DNA of 64,000 nt from Fistulifera solaris (lineage: Eukaryota). The DNA lies in contig AP026133.1 in NCBI GenBank assembly GCA_030295235.1, positions 682,001 to 746,000 of the forward strand, written 5' to 3'. Below the pieces are notes generated by a model. That model had not been told where the DNA came from. It searched no databases and was given only the letters and a program-made list of their open reading frames with translations. This document shows positions 26,965 to 39,884 of this stretch, in pieces (within the stretch, counting starts at the first letter, position 1; each line of letters begins with the position of its first letter). Position numbers and translations under genes: made by a program.

Positions 26965-27647
26965 GATGTCTCCGTACGGCGGTTCGTTCGATTACTTTAA
27001 AGACCCTACTCCACCTTGATTCGAATTGATTCCTTTTTGTAAACCTACCCTAATCCTTTTAATGGTATTAGCCTTGCGCTCATCTCTTTCGCCGATGGCG
27101 TTGGTTTCCTCCGCGGCACCGCGCTGGCCACTGGCAACTGGCAAGTGTCACAAGACGCGGGTCTCTACACTTTGTCGGATTCCCCGGTTGCGACTTTATC
27201 CGCGACTGCATTCCAGTCATGAACCCTGATCTTGCCAACAGATGAATACCTAGACCTTCATTTGTTCTGCTTACTTCGACCATATCTCATTTGATCACAA
27301 TACAGCTTCTTCTAGTAGCATTAGCAGTGCACGCTTTGACTCTTTATGTCGGAAATCCTTGCAAAAATGTTGTCTTTCATATTCACTTTAGACGCAAAGT
27401 GTTGGCGACCTCTTACCACGACTGATTTCCAGTCATGAGCCACTAAACATTAAGGACTGTACCAGGTAACTACAAAGTCCAAAGTAGTATCGGAAATACA
27501 GTTGTCTTGAGTATATTCGTATGTCACACCGCTTTCATGTAATTTTGGGCCCCATTTTCGCCGTGCATCGAATGCATGGCGATCACGTAATCAACCAAGT
27601 TGCAATCGAAGCGTTGTATAGATCATAGAGACAATAATAATAGAAAC

Positions 27648-28584
27648 ATGACAACACAACAACCATCTGCTTCGACTATCAATGTCTTCAAGGCTTATTT
27701 GAATCCTTTGTTGAAGAAGCACGAAAGTGGGAAGGTCATCGTCTATGAAGATTTAGTAGCATCATGGGAGGCCGTCGAAGCGGTCCTTTCGAAACATGAG
27801 TCGTCCCCCGATGCTAATGATGCGGTAAGGTTTTGTGTTATTTGATTATTCAGTTTGCTTTTCATGGTAGCTTACGTCTGATTTTAAAGAAAGAGAAAAT
27901 CAAAGCGCTGCACGATGAGCAAGTCTTGGAATACAAAAAGGCGGGCAAACGCGCTCTTATCGAATATTGTCGTACCTGTTCCCTCCCCGCCGGCGATTCA
28001 TCCGATCCTAATCACACACTCAAATGTATTCGGCATGCGTTAAATGGCATACCGAACTGGAAATTACCTCGATCATTGGTTCTTTCGGTTTTACAAAGGG
28101 AATTCAGGAGCGCTTGAGTACGACGTCCTCACCGACACCAGCTTCCCCCACCAAGCCTCCAGCGCCAACCCCGACACCAGCTCCAACGAGTCTCACACCT
28201 CTTGCTATCAAACCTTCAGCAAAAGTAGTGTCGAAACAGAATGAGCCTGCTGTGACTTCGATAGTAGAAGAAGGAGAGGAAGTAGAGACTCCCGTTGAGG
28301 AAGCCGCACCTGCGTCCGCTGACGAAGGGGAAATCGAAGAAGGAGAGGAAGTAGAAGAGGAGGAAGACGAAGAAGATGAGGAGGATGCCGAGGGAGAAGC
28401 TGCAGATGAAGACAACACAGAAAAGAAGGGCAATGCCAGTAAGACCAAGGGTCTTCTCGCGAAAAGAAGGGCATTGGGAAAGATGGCAGGGCCGAAAAAG
28501 AAAGGAACCGCCGCCAAAGGTGGACGCAGTGGGGCGCGTGGACGAATAGTTCGACGTGGAGGGAGAAGTGGTGGCAAGGCTTAA
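27648..28584 (+). CDS. Hypothetical protein with Pro/Thr, acidic and C-terminal RGG tracts
   Basis: Intron starting at 27826; EEGE acidic repeats; ends GGRSGARGRIVRRGGRSGGKA; frame break near 28100. Confidence 0.65.
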
Positions 28585-29303
28585 GTCGTTTGGTTACTTC
28601 CCGTTCCTACTACCCAGTGCGGCACTTGGTCTTCATATCTCGCATCATATTGCCCACAGCCAAGTAATTAAGGAACTTTCATCATTTGTGGGATAGTTGG
28701 GTAATGACATCCTTCAATTCGGACGCTTTTTAGAAAAGGTTTCAAATAATGATCTCCGATTAGGTGCAGCACTGCATATATTAATAACGTTTCAAGTTTG
28801 CGAGATCATTTCGGCCTTTTACTATCACATTTTTCACATCCTATCTATAATTTTTCTTCAAGTCGTTCAACGCAAACATGGATAGACGCTAGATTGTCAA
28901 AGTTTTGTATTAGTTACGCGCCTTTTTCCTGGCAAGCGCAAGTTAAATGAAAGAAGATGTCCATGCCTCTGCTGCAAAGGGTCAGTGTTAAATGACGTCG
29001 ACTGACTCTATAACCAGCACAAGGATACGGAACACGCAGCTGAACGCTTGAAAGCCATGCTTAGCCCTTCTTTGAAGCAGATTTTTCGGTCTTGAGTTTA
29101 GTTCGATCATTACGGCGGAAATTATCTGTGAGCCGAGACATTTCGAGTACATTTTTTTGTTATAGTGATTCATGATGTTTTCCGACGACGGACTGTCGCA
29201 GCTAGCTACGACGCTTTCTTCATTGCAACTCAAAGCGCAGAGTGATGGCGCAATAATAGAGTTTGAATAGAAAAGACGTCGGCTAGTTGTAACATTTCTT
29301 GAA

Positions 29304-30407
29304 ATGAATTCGGTGTTCGTTTTACTGTGCTTCTGCATAGCGTTATCAAACGCGTTTTTCTTTTCGTTTCCTCCCATTTCCCGAAATAAACTAGCATTGA
29401 TTCCTCGAAGTCCCGAGACATGCCATTTTTTGTCTTCTTTTTACGGTAACTTTGACGAGGAACTAGAGGACGACGAGGATGATGATGAAGAAGAAGATGA
29501 TGATGATGATGATGATGAGGAGGAGGAATTTGATAACTTGGATGTCGCTAACTTTCGTACACGCATGTCCAGTATGTTTCAAACGGAAGAGTCAAAAGGA
29601 GTGGATGAGCTCATCGGCTTGGCAACGAGCAAATCTCAACAAACATCAAAAGACTGGGCGAGGGCTGCCGATACGGTCGCTCCAGGGACGATTCTCTTAG
29701 CCAATCCGGATTATTTTTGCGCCAACTTTAATGGCAATCGAAGAGTTCCGAGCTCCGATTTGATGGCTCGATTCGGTCTCTCCTTGCCGCCGCCACTGGA
29801 ATTAGGACCCGACCGACGGGCGGATTTGTTACCCGTTCTCTTGGTGGTGGATTCCTCCAAAACCAAAGGAACACGGGCCATTTTACTCAATCGAAGGACG
29901 GGGCATCTTTTGGGTGATTTAGAACAACCGCTAGATGAAGGAGGATCGTCGCCTTTATTGGCCAAATTTTGCATCCAACCATTATGGTTCGGCGGCGTGG
30001 ACTCGTATTCGGCAGGTTTGGAAATGGTACATTTGTGTCCGGCTGTTCGAGGAGCGAAGCAACTCACGGAAGATGGATTGTTCTGGGGTGGGGACCCTAC
30101 GGAAGCGCAAGATGCTATGGAGGATCCTTCACTGGAGCGACCCATGTCGGGGTTTGACTTTAAATTTTTTGTACAAAGTACCATCTTCGCACTGGGGCAA
30201 GCGGAGAAAGAAGTGGCAAGCTCTACTTTCTTTCTGGCTAATGTATCGACGGACGTCATTTTCAAGTCGAGAGATAGAATGGGGACAAAACGCGCGAAAC
30301 CGTTGTGGACCGAAATAATGGAACTCATGGGTGGCAAGTACGAGGCGACAAAGAATAAACTTTACGAGGAAGGGGAATTTAAGGTAGATTATACTACAGA
30401 TTCATAG
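29304..30407 (+). CDS. DUF179 (YqgE/AlgH-like) protein, plastid-targeted
   Basis: Signal peptide ending SNAF; motifs PGTILLANP, VLLVV...AILLNR, PLWFGG, GLFWGG and FKFFV. Confidence 0.75.
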   Translation: MNSVFVLLCFCIALSNAFFFSFPPISRNKLALIPRSPETCHFLSSFYGNFDEELEDDEDDDEEEDDDDDDDEEEEFDNLDVANFRTRMSSMFQTEESKGVDELIGLATSKSQQTSKDWARAADTVAPGTILLANPDYFCANFNGNRRVPSSDLMARFGLSLPPPLELGPDRRADLLPVLLVVDSSKTKGTRAILLNRRTGHLLGDLEQPLDEGGSSPLLAKFCIQPLWFGGVDSYSAGLEMVHLCPAVRGAKQLTEDGLFWGGDPTEAQDAMEDPSLERPMSGFDFKFFVQSTIFALGQAEKEVASSTFFLANVSTDVIFKSRDRMGTKRAKPLWTEIMELMGGKYEATKNKLYEEGEFKVDYTTDS

Positions 30408-30440
30408 CGAAAGTCTTTACGATTAAGAAAGCTCTTCTTG

Positions 30441-33400
30441 CTAATTTTTGAGTGATGTTAAAAGTGAACTCTCTTTATGCTTTTTGCGTTGATCATCTTT
30501 GACAAGAACAGGAAAACCATAACACACTGGAGCGCAGCCAACCAGATACTTCATCTTACAAGCATCTCGCGCATCAGAAACACACTGTGCAATAGAGCGA
30601 CCGCTGTTGTCGAACATGCTTGTTAACAAAACTTCCGTGTAACGATCAATATCACCGTCTGTCACGTCCCATAGGTTACCAACGACACAAGGGGCACCGG
30701 CCAGCAGATAAGACAACGCAATACCTTCGGGCTCGTAATGGATCGGTAGCTGCGACGTCGTTCTAGCATTTCTTCGATTCACTGACTCGAGTCGACCACT
30801 GCTACATCCCATCAGAATTACCGACGATTTTATGGAAAAGCTCTCCTCTGACGAAAGAGATGCAATGTCGGACCTGGAAAGCAAGCTTTCGCCCCCACCG
30901 TGTCCAATGTAGAGAAGTAAACCATCGCGCTGAAGAAAACCATCCCGCATAACATTACCCTCCGGAAGTCGCCCAACCACACCTCTCCATCGGTCGCTTC
31001 CACGGCCTTCACTGAGGGCGGAAACTAACGGATAAAGACGATCTCTTGTCGCTGCCAAGTTTGATTCCGGGTCGATAATGTATGAAACCTTCTCTGTCTT
31101 AACCAAGTATTCCTGAAACGACCGTTGTTTCAACATCGCGACCATGAATGTCAAAGATGGAATCCTACAGACAGATTTTCCACGGAAAAAGGATAAGTTT
31201 TCGAATGGAAAGCGCTGTAAATTTTCGTCGAGAATAAGGAATATGGTTTCTTTTTCTTCCTCTTGATTATAAGCTGTAGTATGCACTGTCTCGTCGTCTT
31301 CAGCAATAGCCTGACGCTGCTCCGTGACAAGCTCCACAAGTTCGTTCTTCCGTAATTTCCGTATTCTCTTGGTTTCCAAAGCCGTAAAATATTAACTCTT
31401 CTCTTAGCTCGGGTACCTTCATTTTCGAAGGGCTTTCTTTGATGTTGTTAAGATAGGTGTCGTTATCTTCATTACTTGCTTCGTCGAAACGCGAAATTAA
31501 TTTCCGGCTTGGAGTGTCTGCACTGCTGCTCATGTTGACCCCAAATATAGACTGCAAATCAGAGTTATTGCAGCACATACCTTCGAATCGGGTAAGTAGT
31601 TCCATTAGGTCGGAATCCAGTTGCTGCCTCAACTCCCACCAAGTTTTCTTCAATTTTCTGTCGTTGTTTTTGTCGCTTCTACATTCCCCAGTCGCGCCAA
31701 GTTGTTCATGGCTTTTGCAAATGATATCATCAAGGGGCTTCAAAAACTCATCATAAAAAGAAAACTTTGGTCGCTTGCCTGATTTTACTTTTGCTGTCTT
31801 GTAAGCAAGACAATCGTCGAAAGAACGGATTGACGACGCAAGCAACTCTCCCGTCGGAGCCAAAGCCGTCATGATGACCCTGCAATTAGGTGGAAGCAGT
31901 CGTTCTAGTTGGTCGAATGCCTCGTCGGAAACAACATGCGCTGTCAGAGATTCTTGTTCACGGGAATCTTCAATATTCAGCTCGAAGTCTACTGCGGAAA
32001 CTTTCATCAACGATGTACACTCATTTTCGATGAGCGCTCCCGAATCGCCACCCAAACCCCTTCCGATCGAAGATGCTATAAAGCGGCAAATCGATTTATC
32101 AGTAACCCCGCCCCCTATCGAAGCCAAAGCAACAAATCTGTAGATATCCCGTATCTTCTGATGAGAAAATACCATCGGTAGTTGCAATGCCGAAACGAAA
32201 TATCGACGCGCATTAGCGAGATTCTCCGAATCAGTGTCTCCGTTGTAATTAGATTCCGAAAGACCAAGAGAGTCTTGTGAGGTAGTTTTTTCGGCGGAAC
32301 TCAAAGACAGACAACCCAGGATATAAAGAGATCTACCACGAAGACTGGCGTGGACATTATGATCATAGACCATTCTTTCAACAAGAGCACGTTCTTCGGT
32401 TCCCAATTTCGTCAGAGGGTGGCGATGGAGTCGGTATTCAATTGATCGAAGGTGTATGTCGAGGTCAAGAACAGGAAGGCTGTTCGTGCCTCGTCGTATC
32501 TCAAGCTTATTGTCTGTATGTTCTAATAACTTCAAAATAGTTCCAAGTACAGCATGAGCACCGCTTTTCGTCAATCGCTCAGCATCATGAATCTCTTCAT
32601 ATGAAACACAACTATATTCCGACCCCAATGTTTCCCACACTAGAGAAAGGGTAAGAAAACAATGATTTCTTTGGAGCAGACCGAGGCCACCTACCTAATT
32701 GACTATCCAGGAGATCCTCTATTTCATTATCTACGATTGGCTCTTCGTCGCTGTACAACGTGTTTAGTAGCGATTTCCTGTTGGCCAAGAACCCCTGGAT
32801 AGCACTAATAACGACATCCAGAGGAGAAGACCGTATCTTTGTCATGATCATATTTCGTCGAAGTAATTTCTGCAAAGGACTCCTGCAAATCTGAGACGAA
32901 AATATTGATAAAGCATCAGAAACAGACGCTTTCGGAGAGACGGTAATAGTATGTATTCCGCTAAAATCGTTCCAGACCAACTGAGCGTATCCCCATGCAC
33001 GGCGATAGTCTCCAATCAGATAATATATACTGCAGAGTTGTCGAAGACAGCTTATCTGGCGCAGTGTACACATGGAACGAAGTGCTTTTAGTTGCAACGC
33101 GTCATTTGGATTTGCTGAAGTATGCGATACAAGGTGTGATGATATTCTGTTGCATTCCGAGAAGCACATCCTTACACCAACTATGGCGTCGACGTAGTTG
33201 CCACAAATTTTCTCCAATTCTCCCCGCCCCAACGAAATGGAGCTTTTGATCCAGCAAGCAGCAATGTCCTCAAGAGAAATCTTGTCGCCGTTTTGCAAAG
33301 TTAGCAGCGACTCCGCATCTGCGATGAGTATATCGAGCTCGTTCCTCATTTGCCTGATGTTTACAGATGATCGAGCTTGGGATACTGCAGCTAGAAAAGA

Positions 33401-36400
33401 TGACGCTCTCATAGCAAGCTCGCGGTCCTCAGTTATACGCGAAGCAGAACCGATTGCTTTGATCGATTGGAAATTGACCAACGGTACATGATTGATATTT
33501 GAAGGTACGTTTGCAAACAAATCGTACCATGGGACTAACATGTCATTCCTTTCTGCTGAATGTTCTCTGTACCAAAAAGCACAGAGTGACGCAGATAGGT
33601 CGAACCCATTTATGATCAAGTAATCTCTCAATCGCATCATAGCCCCTGTCGCACAAGCTCGTGCGAATGATCCCTCTGCAGTCAAGCAAGAGCCAATACC
33701 AATCGACAATCTTCTTGCATCAGCCATCACGTCATCGAAACACTCCGATTCACAAGCATTACCATCTATAAAGAGTCTAGCCTGAAGTGACAAACGGAAA
33801 GAGAGAATCACGACTTCCCATCCACCTTCCGGGCAGCGACCAAGTTCGCTTAGAGCAGATACCAGCCTAGCCAAAACAATCCTGGGGATTTGTGTGGATT
33901 CACAAACCTTATTTATCTCGAGCATTATACGCAATAATTCCCCGAAAAAAGCTTTTGAGGACGAAGCAATCAAAGCGTGAATGTTTTTGTCAAGCAAGGA
34001 AGACAATACCCTTTGACAACAACAGACAGGTTCTTGGATGCCAATACGGCTAGCTTCTTTCTGGATTTGTTTGTACAGTAGAAAAAGAAGAGCAATGTAC
34101 TCCAGATCTTGTGTCGATTCTGGCCTTGTACTAAATCCTCGACCGTCAATTCGAAATAGATAAGAAAGCATATCCTCCAACCCGGAACGGCTATCACCAG
34201 AAAAAACAGCTTTTTGAGAGTTCAGTATTTGTCGACCGAGGAGCATTTCAACTACATCCAATGGAGCAGTCGGTGATTCCCATGAGATTGACGGTCCCTC
34301 TGTAACATTTCCCAATTCGCGTAAACATTGAATAATTTTGAAAACAAGGCGTAAACGACGTGGCGACTGAAATCTTTCTTCGACATGATCGATGTGAAAT
34401 ATCCCGTTGGATAAAGTGCTGAGAAACTTGAAGAAAGCCAACCAACAGTCACCGGTCAACTCCTTGCGACTTAAAGCGCTTTCTTCTGCATCTTTCAGGA
34501 GCGCCATGATAAACGCCATTGTAGCCTCTTCCCACCGATTCATATTCATGTATATTGAGCCAATTGCACTCAACCGAAGCGAGACTTGAAATTGAATGTC
34601 AGAGACGCCATTTTGTGACAAGTGCATGAATAGTCGAACAGAGTGCAACATGGAATCAAGTGCTCCATCGGTAACATCCTTGTCGATTAGGCTTTTTCCA
34701 TTGAGAGCGAATAGCTGCGAAACTGTCAGTATATAATCCGTCAAATAAACAAACCTTCCAACGATTTCACTCACTTTTGCCGCTCTTTCTTGAAACTTTG
34801 GGTATTCGTCAAATTTCTTGCTACAAAGCTCCGTAACAATATCCTTTAAGCAAGATCTGATAGCTTCAGTGCGATAATCGACCAATTCCAATTTCTGATA
34901 GGCTACGATTGATTTGATGACACAGTCACAGCCGAATTCCCACACGCTAGACCCTTTTAGACCTTCAGTGTCGGTAGAGATTGCTTTAGCCATCGACCAG
35001 TAACATCTGTGCAGCAACTGCGCAGCGAGAAATAAGGCTGGATGTGACTTTAAATTTTGATCATCGCCTTCGGCCGCTTTGGAAATCATTCGATTCAAGG
35101 AGGTTTTGTAAAAAATCTTAAACCAGAATTGAAGCCTGACGCTTGAGGTACTGGGATCCGCCGAAATCATGGTCTCAAAATTTTGAATGGCGTCCAATAA
35201 GAAGTTAACGACTCTCATGTCTTCATAAGAAGCGTTCTCATGACCGATCGCCTTGATGACGTCAAGGGCAAGACAAACGATAGATAGAGAAGCATAGTCA
35301 ATTGTAAGCTTGCCTTTGAAGGGATCTTTACACTGGAATCGGTAGGGCAGATTATGAAAGATGCACGTGTCGACATTATGGTCGGAATACTTCTTCTCGT
35401 GGGGGTCCAGCGAACCGCCGTAAAGCGCTCGATATCCACAGAATTCAAAATAGCTTGCTATTTCAGCACCATCGAAGCGTTTCGCTATGGAATCAAGCTT
35501 TCTACCAATATCCTCTAAAATCATTCTCAAGCTCGCAATGTTAGTATGAGCAAGTTGATCACATACCAGAATGGCCTTTGATGCTTGCGAGCACGCACTT
35601 GCGAACTGAGTACGAAACAACTCCTTTTCTATTCCTTTCATCTCGTGTGCGTTCCGAGGAATAATAGCAAGTAAGCAAGCAATCGAATGGTGCCTTAAAG
35701 ACAAAACGGCATCAGGACCAATCGCTTCTTCATAGCCATCGACGCAATCCCACAGAATTTTATTCGCCCGTCTCGACAAAGCAATCGACTCTTTCAAAGA
35801 TCCTTCTGAGCCGAGCGCGAAAAGTTGCAATTGCCAGGGTCGAGCAATAGTACAGATTAGGTTTGCGGATAGATGAAACATTTCAAATGGTGTCTGTTTC
35901 TTTGCAACAGGCAAGCATCGAAGCAGCAACTCCTCTTCCGTGCGAAGTGGTGCGTCATTTGTATGCCAGAGCGGTAGAAGAAAAACTCTGGAGCAGGAAA
36001 GAATGACATGATTTCCAATGGTCAACAGTTGCTCTTTGACAGTGACAATGATAAAGATTCTTTGCAGTGTAGTCTCGGTATCGGAAAGACCCATTGGATC
36101 GTCTCCGAAGCAGTGTGGTCTACAAAGTCGGAGCAACACCTCCTCAGTACAAGTCCCAGAGTTTCAAGCGACAAAACGGTGTAGTAAGCAGCTAGTCGAC
36201 TGACTGAGTGTTTCTTATGAGCGATGGATTCCAAGGTTGAGATAATATGGTAGAGAAGTTTGATGATTCCCTCTGGCTTCGGTACGGTTTGTCCCTCCGC
36301 TGCTACAATGACTCTAATGCCGTAGATAGCAGCACGAAGCAGCCGAAACGCAACTTTATTGTCCTTAGAAACCGTCGACTCTTTGACCAGCTTTCGACAC

Positions 36401-36686
36401 GAATTCAACAATGAGACCGAAAGCTTCTTTTCAGTAAAACATTGTCTTTGGGACTTTTCATCGTGAAGGATAGCTGAACGAGGATTTCAATCAACCCTTC
36501 GTGATCCCTCCAAATTTCATTATCAGGTATATTGGCCATTGAATCTCTAATCTTGATAGCCATTGTTTGTAATTCTTCTTGAGAAAGGATTGTGCGGCAA
36601 TTCCCTGTACTCGACGACTTCGAACAATTAGACATTGCATTTTCCTTGTCGTCTTCGGCACATAAAACATCCTGCATCACATCCAT
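30441..36686 (-). CDS. ESP1: Separase (peptidase C50)
   Basis: Catalytic motifs YIGHGGG and LMGCSSG, plus VVGNLWDVTDGDIDR, APVCYGFP, WWELRQQLD and LILDENLQRFPFE. Large helical N-terminus; introns and frame breaks. Confidence 0.93.
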
Positions 36687-37247
36687 CGCAGCAATAAGGC
36701 ACGTATAGAACACCAGGGGGTTTAAAATATCGTTTAAAGCTTGCAGCACTTATCAAGACGAACTAAATTGCAGCAACAAAATAAATAATTTAAATCTTGT
36801 TTGTAATAGTTCGTTTGTTCGTCGTCGATTGATTAGAATTTTAATGTCGTATTGCCGATACGACGTCAAGTGCTATTTGGCGAACAAGCGAATTCGTATC
36901 CACTTCTTAGGTACCGTATATCATAATCTCTTTTCAGGCTTAATCATCATCATTTTTCAAAAGTGTCACTTAGCCATTTTAGTTACGGTCAGACACATTC
37001 TCCCCTGTGTTGTATGCCCCGTCACCCGTCACCCCTCACTTATTATCCCCAACCCTAAACAACACTCACATCTTCACAAACCGCAGATTGCGTCGAATTA
37101 AATCGAAAAAGTCAGCATACCTTGTTTCCAGTCTCACCCAAGTGATTACTTTGACGGATTGTTTGCTTCACCCCTGACTTCTTCCCGCTTCACTGGTCTC
37201 ACTTGTGACCTTTCCGTGGCTTTCAGAAAAGATCGATTCCCAAAACC

Positions 37248-38480
37248 ATGACATCCCTCTTGAAACGATCTCTGATCCTCTTTTTATTTGTCGCTAATGC
37301 TGGTGCTTTGATTCCATTACGGTCGCCGAGGGTAGAAAGGATTTCGAGGATAACTCCTACGAATGTTTCATTTTCAACAACCGCAAACAACTCTGAGAAA
37401 TTGAACACATCAAAGGGGCAATCACGACGACAATGGATATCCAACGTGGGTAAAGCTGCGATTGTACCTTTCCTGTTACCATCGCCTTCCTTTGCGAGTA
37501 CAGCGGTAGTATCTTCGAAAGCAGTCTGCGATAGTACAGTTTCTGTGTGGAAAGAACCCAATCGGAATCGATTGGTCTATATCTTGGGAACAGCTCATAT
37601 CTCGAAAGTCTCTGCTGATTTAGCAAGACAATTGGTCCGTGATGTTCATCCGAACGCCGTTTTCGTTGAATTGGATCTCAAACGAGTGAACGGTGTGGCT
37701 CAATACGTCCAGCAGCAGCAAGATCTAAAAGATTCTATTGAACAGGTGACGTTGCCGCCAGGCACAAGGAATATGCCATTGGCACCATTGGCAGCCGATA
37801 CACCACCGAAGCAGTCGACTGTCATCGTTCCTGTCCCGACGACACCAATTGCTTCAGAAGAGACCCCTCCTTCGCCACGACGCGGCTTGTTTGGAGGTCT
37901 ACGTCAGAAAGCTCTGAGCGTGGGTGCACAAGTTGTTGGCAGTGCCGTTCGTGGCATGTACCAAAACCTGGGGGATCAGGGTTTCTCACCAGGTGAAGAA
38001 TTCGCTGCGGCAATAATGGAAGCACAGAAACAGGGCGCCGATGTTATTTTAGGCGATCAAGATGTACAGATCACCCTGCGGCGCCTTACACAAGCACTAG
38101 CCTCGACAGATCTCAGTAAACTCAATGACGATGCGCTGTCCAGCAAATTTTCTGACTTGATGGGTGGCGGCAAGGCGATGGAGTTACCGCCATCTGGCGT
38201 GATGGACGACAAGTACAAAGAAGAACTCACAAAAATGGTTGAAAGCATGAAAAACCGGGAAAATGTCCGTGCTATTATGACTGAGCTGAAAGAAGTTGCG
38301 CCGGCACTAGCGCAAGTCATGCTTACAGAGCGCGATGCGTACATGGCGACCGGTATCGATACGTTGAATCAGTTTGAATGCATTGTTGCGGTGATGGGTA
38401 TTGCGCACATGGATGGAGTAGAAAATAACCTGAAAGGTCGAGGATGGACACAAGTTGCACCCAACTGCGCTGCGTTCTAA
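37248..38480 (+). CDS. TraB-domain protein with signal, transit and twin-arginine-like leader
   Basis: Motifs VYILGTAHIS, VFVELD, PGEEF, ILGDQDVQITLRR, ERDAYMA and VAVMGIAHMDG. The leader contains SRRQWI. Confidence 0.88.
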   Translation: MTSLLKRSLILFLFVANAGALIPLRSPRVERISRITPTNVSFSTTANNSEKLNTSKGQSRRQWISNVGKAAIVPFLLPSPSFASTAVVSSKAVCDSTVSVWKEPNRNRLVYILGTAHISKVSADLARQLVRDVHPNAVFVELDLKRVNGVAQYVQQQQDLKDSIEQVTLPPGTRNMPLAPLAADTPPKQSTVIVPVPTTPIASEETPPSPRRGLFGGLRQKALSVGAQVVGSAVRGMYQNLGDQGFSPGEEFAAAIMEAQKQGADVILGDQDVQITLRRLTQALASTDLSKLNDDALSSKFSDLMGGGKAMELPPSGVMDDKYKEELTKMVESMKNRENVRAIMTELKEVAPALAQVMLTERDAYMATGIDTLNQFECIVAVMGIAHMDGVENNLKGRGWTQVAPNCAAF

Positions 38481-39352
38481 TTAATTTGAGCTGATCATGT
38501 CTGATCCGTCTTCTGCACGGCACTATCTGATGCAACCTACAAGCAAATAGAGCCTTTCGGTTCCTTAGCAAAGTTCAGTTGGATCCCACGGTCCTAGACG
38601 ACAGCAGGGGATAATAGCTAGAGATCTGCTACCAGTTTGCTGTCAGATATCGAATATGAAATGCCATTTAGATCTGGGGAAATAACTTCCCGGCGACAAT
38701 ACTGATTTATGCTTACTTTGTCAATGATAATGACATCAGTGCTGTAAACCTTTGTCATCGAACGTCGAACATCGATTTCAAGCATCGATTTCATCCATTG
38801 ATAGTCGTCGAGCGTCGAACACCGATCGTGATCCATTGATAGTCGTTAAACTTCAAACATCGATTGGGACTGAGAGTTCGCTTATACTTGAAATCTTCAC
38901 AAAGTTATGAAACTTGATAGCTTCTGATGATACATTCCGATCGACATAGTTCATTCTAGAAGACATATCAAAAACAGTATAACCAATCGTGTCTTTCTGA
39001 AGATACTTGTAGCTTGCGATCTCAACATGGCATCCTTTGTATCAAACGTTCTTCGTAGCAGCCATCTAAAACGTCAACAAAAGAAGTACCAATTGGTAGA
39101 TGATTACGTGGTATCAAATATTTCGATAGGAGTTCCCCACCGTGTTTCACGTGAACTCGCATTCTCTTACTATATAGTACTAAAAGAATTGGTTGAGAAC
39201 CAAAGTAGTAAATTTGGTTCGTATTTGTTCAAAAGCCCTTCCTTTGCGATGGTCTAAACATTGTCCTTTAGTCTAAATGCGCCGACCGCCGACTACGAAT
39301 GAAGACTAAGGACGTATATTTTTATACGTGCTTAATGAAGACAACAATCGTA

Positions 39353-39565
39353 CAGATTTTCTGGAAATGGGAAAACACCACACCCACAGATTTTCTGTTA
39401 TCGTGAAAGACACCAAATCCACAGATTTTCTTTTTTCGGGGAGGCCGCAGCCCCAGATTTTCCGGGAATGGGAAACACTAAACAACCAGATTTTCTGCGC
39501 ACGTGAAGACACCACACACCCAGATTTTCTGGGCACAGGAAGACATTAAATACACAGATTTTCTG
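39353..39565 (+). repeat. Degenerate minisatellite, 7 units of 32-35 bp
   Basis: Core CAGATTTTC at 39353, 39387, 39422, 39454, 39487, 39521 and 39555; most units also carry GAA(G/A)ACA. Confidence 0.9.
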
Positions 39566-39610
39566 TGAGTGTAAAGATATTAAATTTAAGTAGGCGCCAA
39601 CCGTAAACGG

Positions 39611-39675
39611 CGTTAAAATTCTGCCTCGTCGTGGACGCTACGTAGAATCTTGTACTGGGAGGCAGAATTTTAACG
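39611..39675. mobile_element. 65-bp hairpin/mini-MITE-like element, copy 1
   Basis: Perfect 17-bp inverted repeats CGTTAAAATTCTGCCTC / GAGGCAGAATTTTAACG around a 31-bp core; a second copy lies at 44873. Confidence 0.7.
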
Positions 39676-39884
39676 TCCTTCCCCGACGTCTGCTGCGACA
39701 GTTGGATGAGTTTTTGATTTCGATCGTGATCGATGACATGAAAAAGTCATAATTATCGAGATTTGACTACAAGGTAGAAACGATTATCGCTATTCATTCT
39801 AATATCTATCACCATTAAAGGCTCAAAGCACTTGACAAGTGTTTAAAACCACCCACATCGCCGACTAATAACAAAGTGCATGTC

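Noticed and set aside
39353..39565. CRISPR array
   Set aside because: The conserved core is only about 9-11 bp, the intervening sequences are related to each other, there are no cas genes, and the context is eukaryotic.
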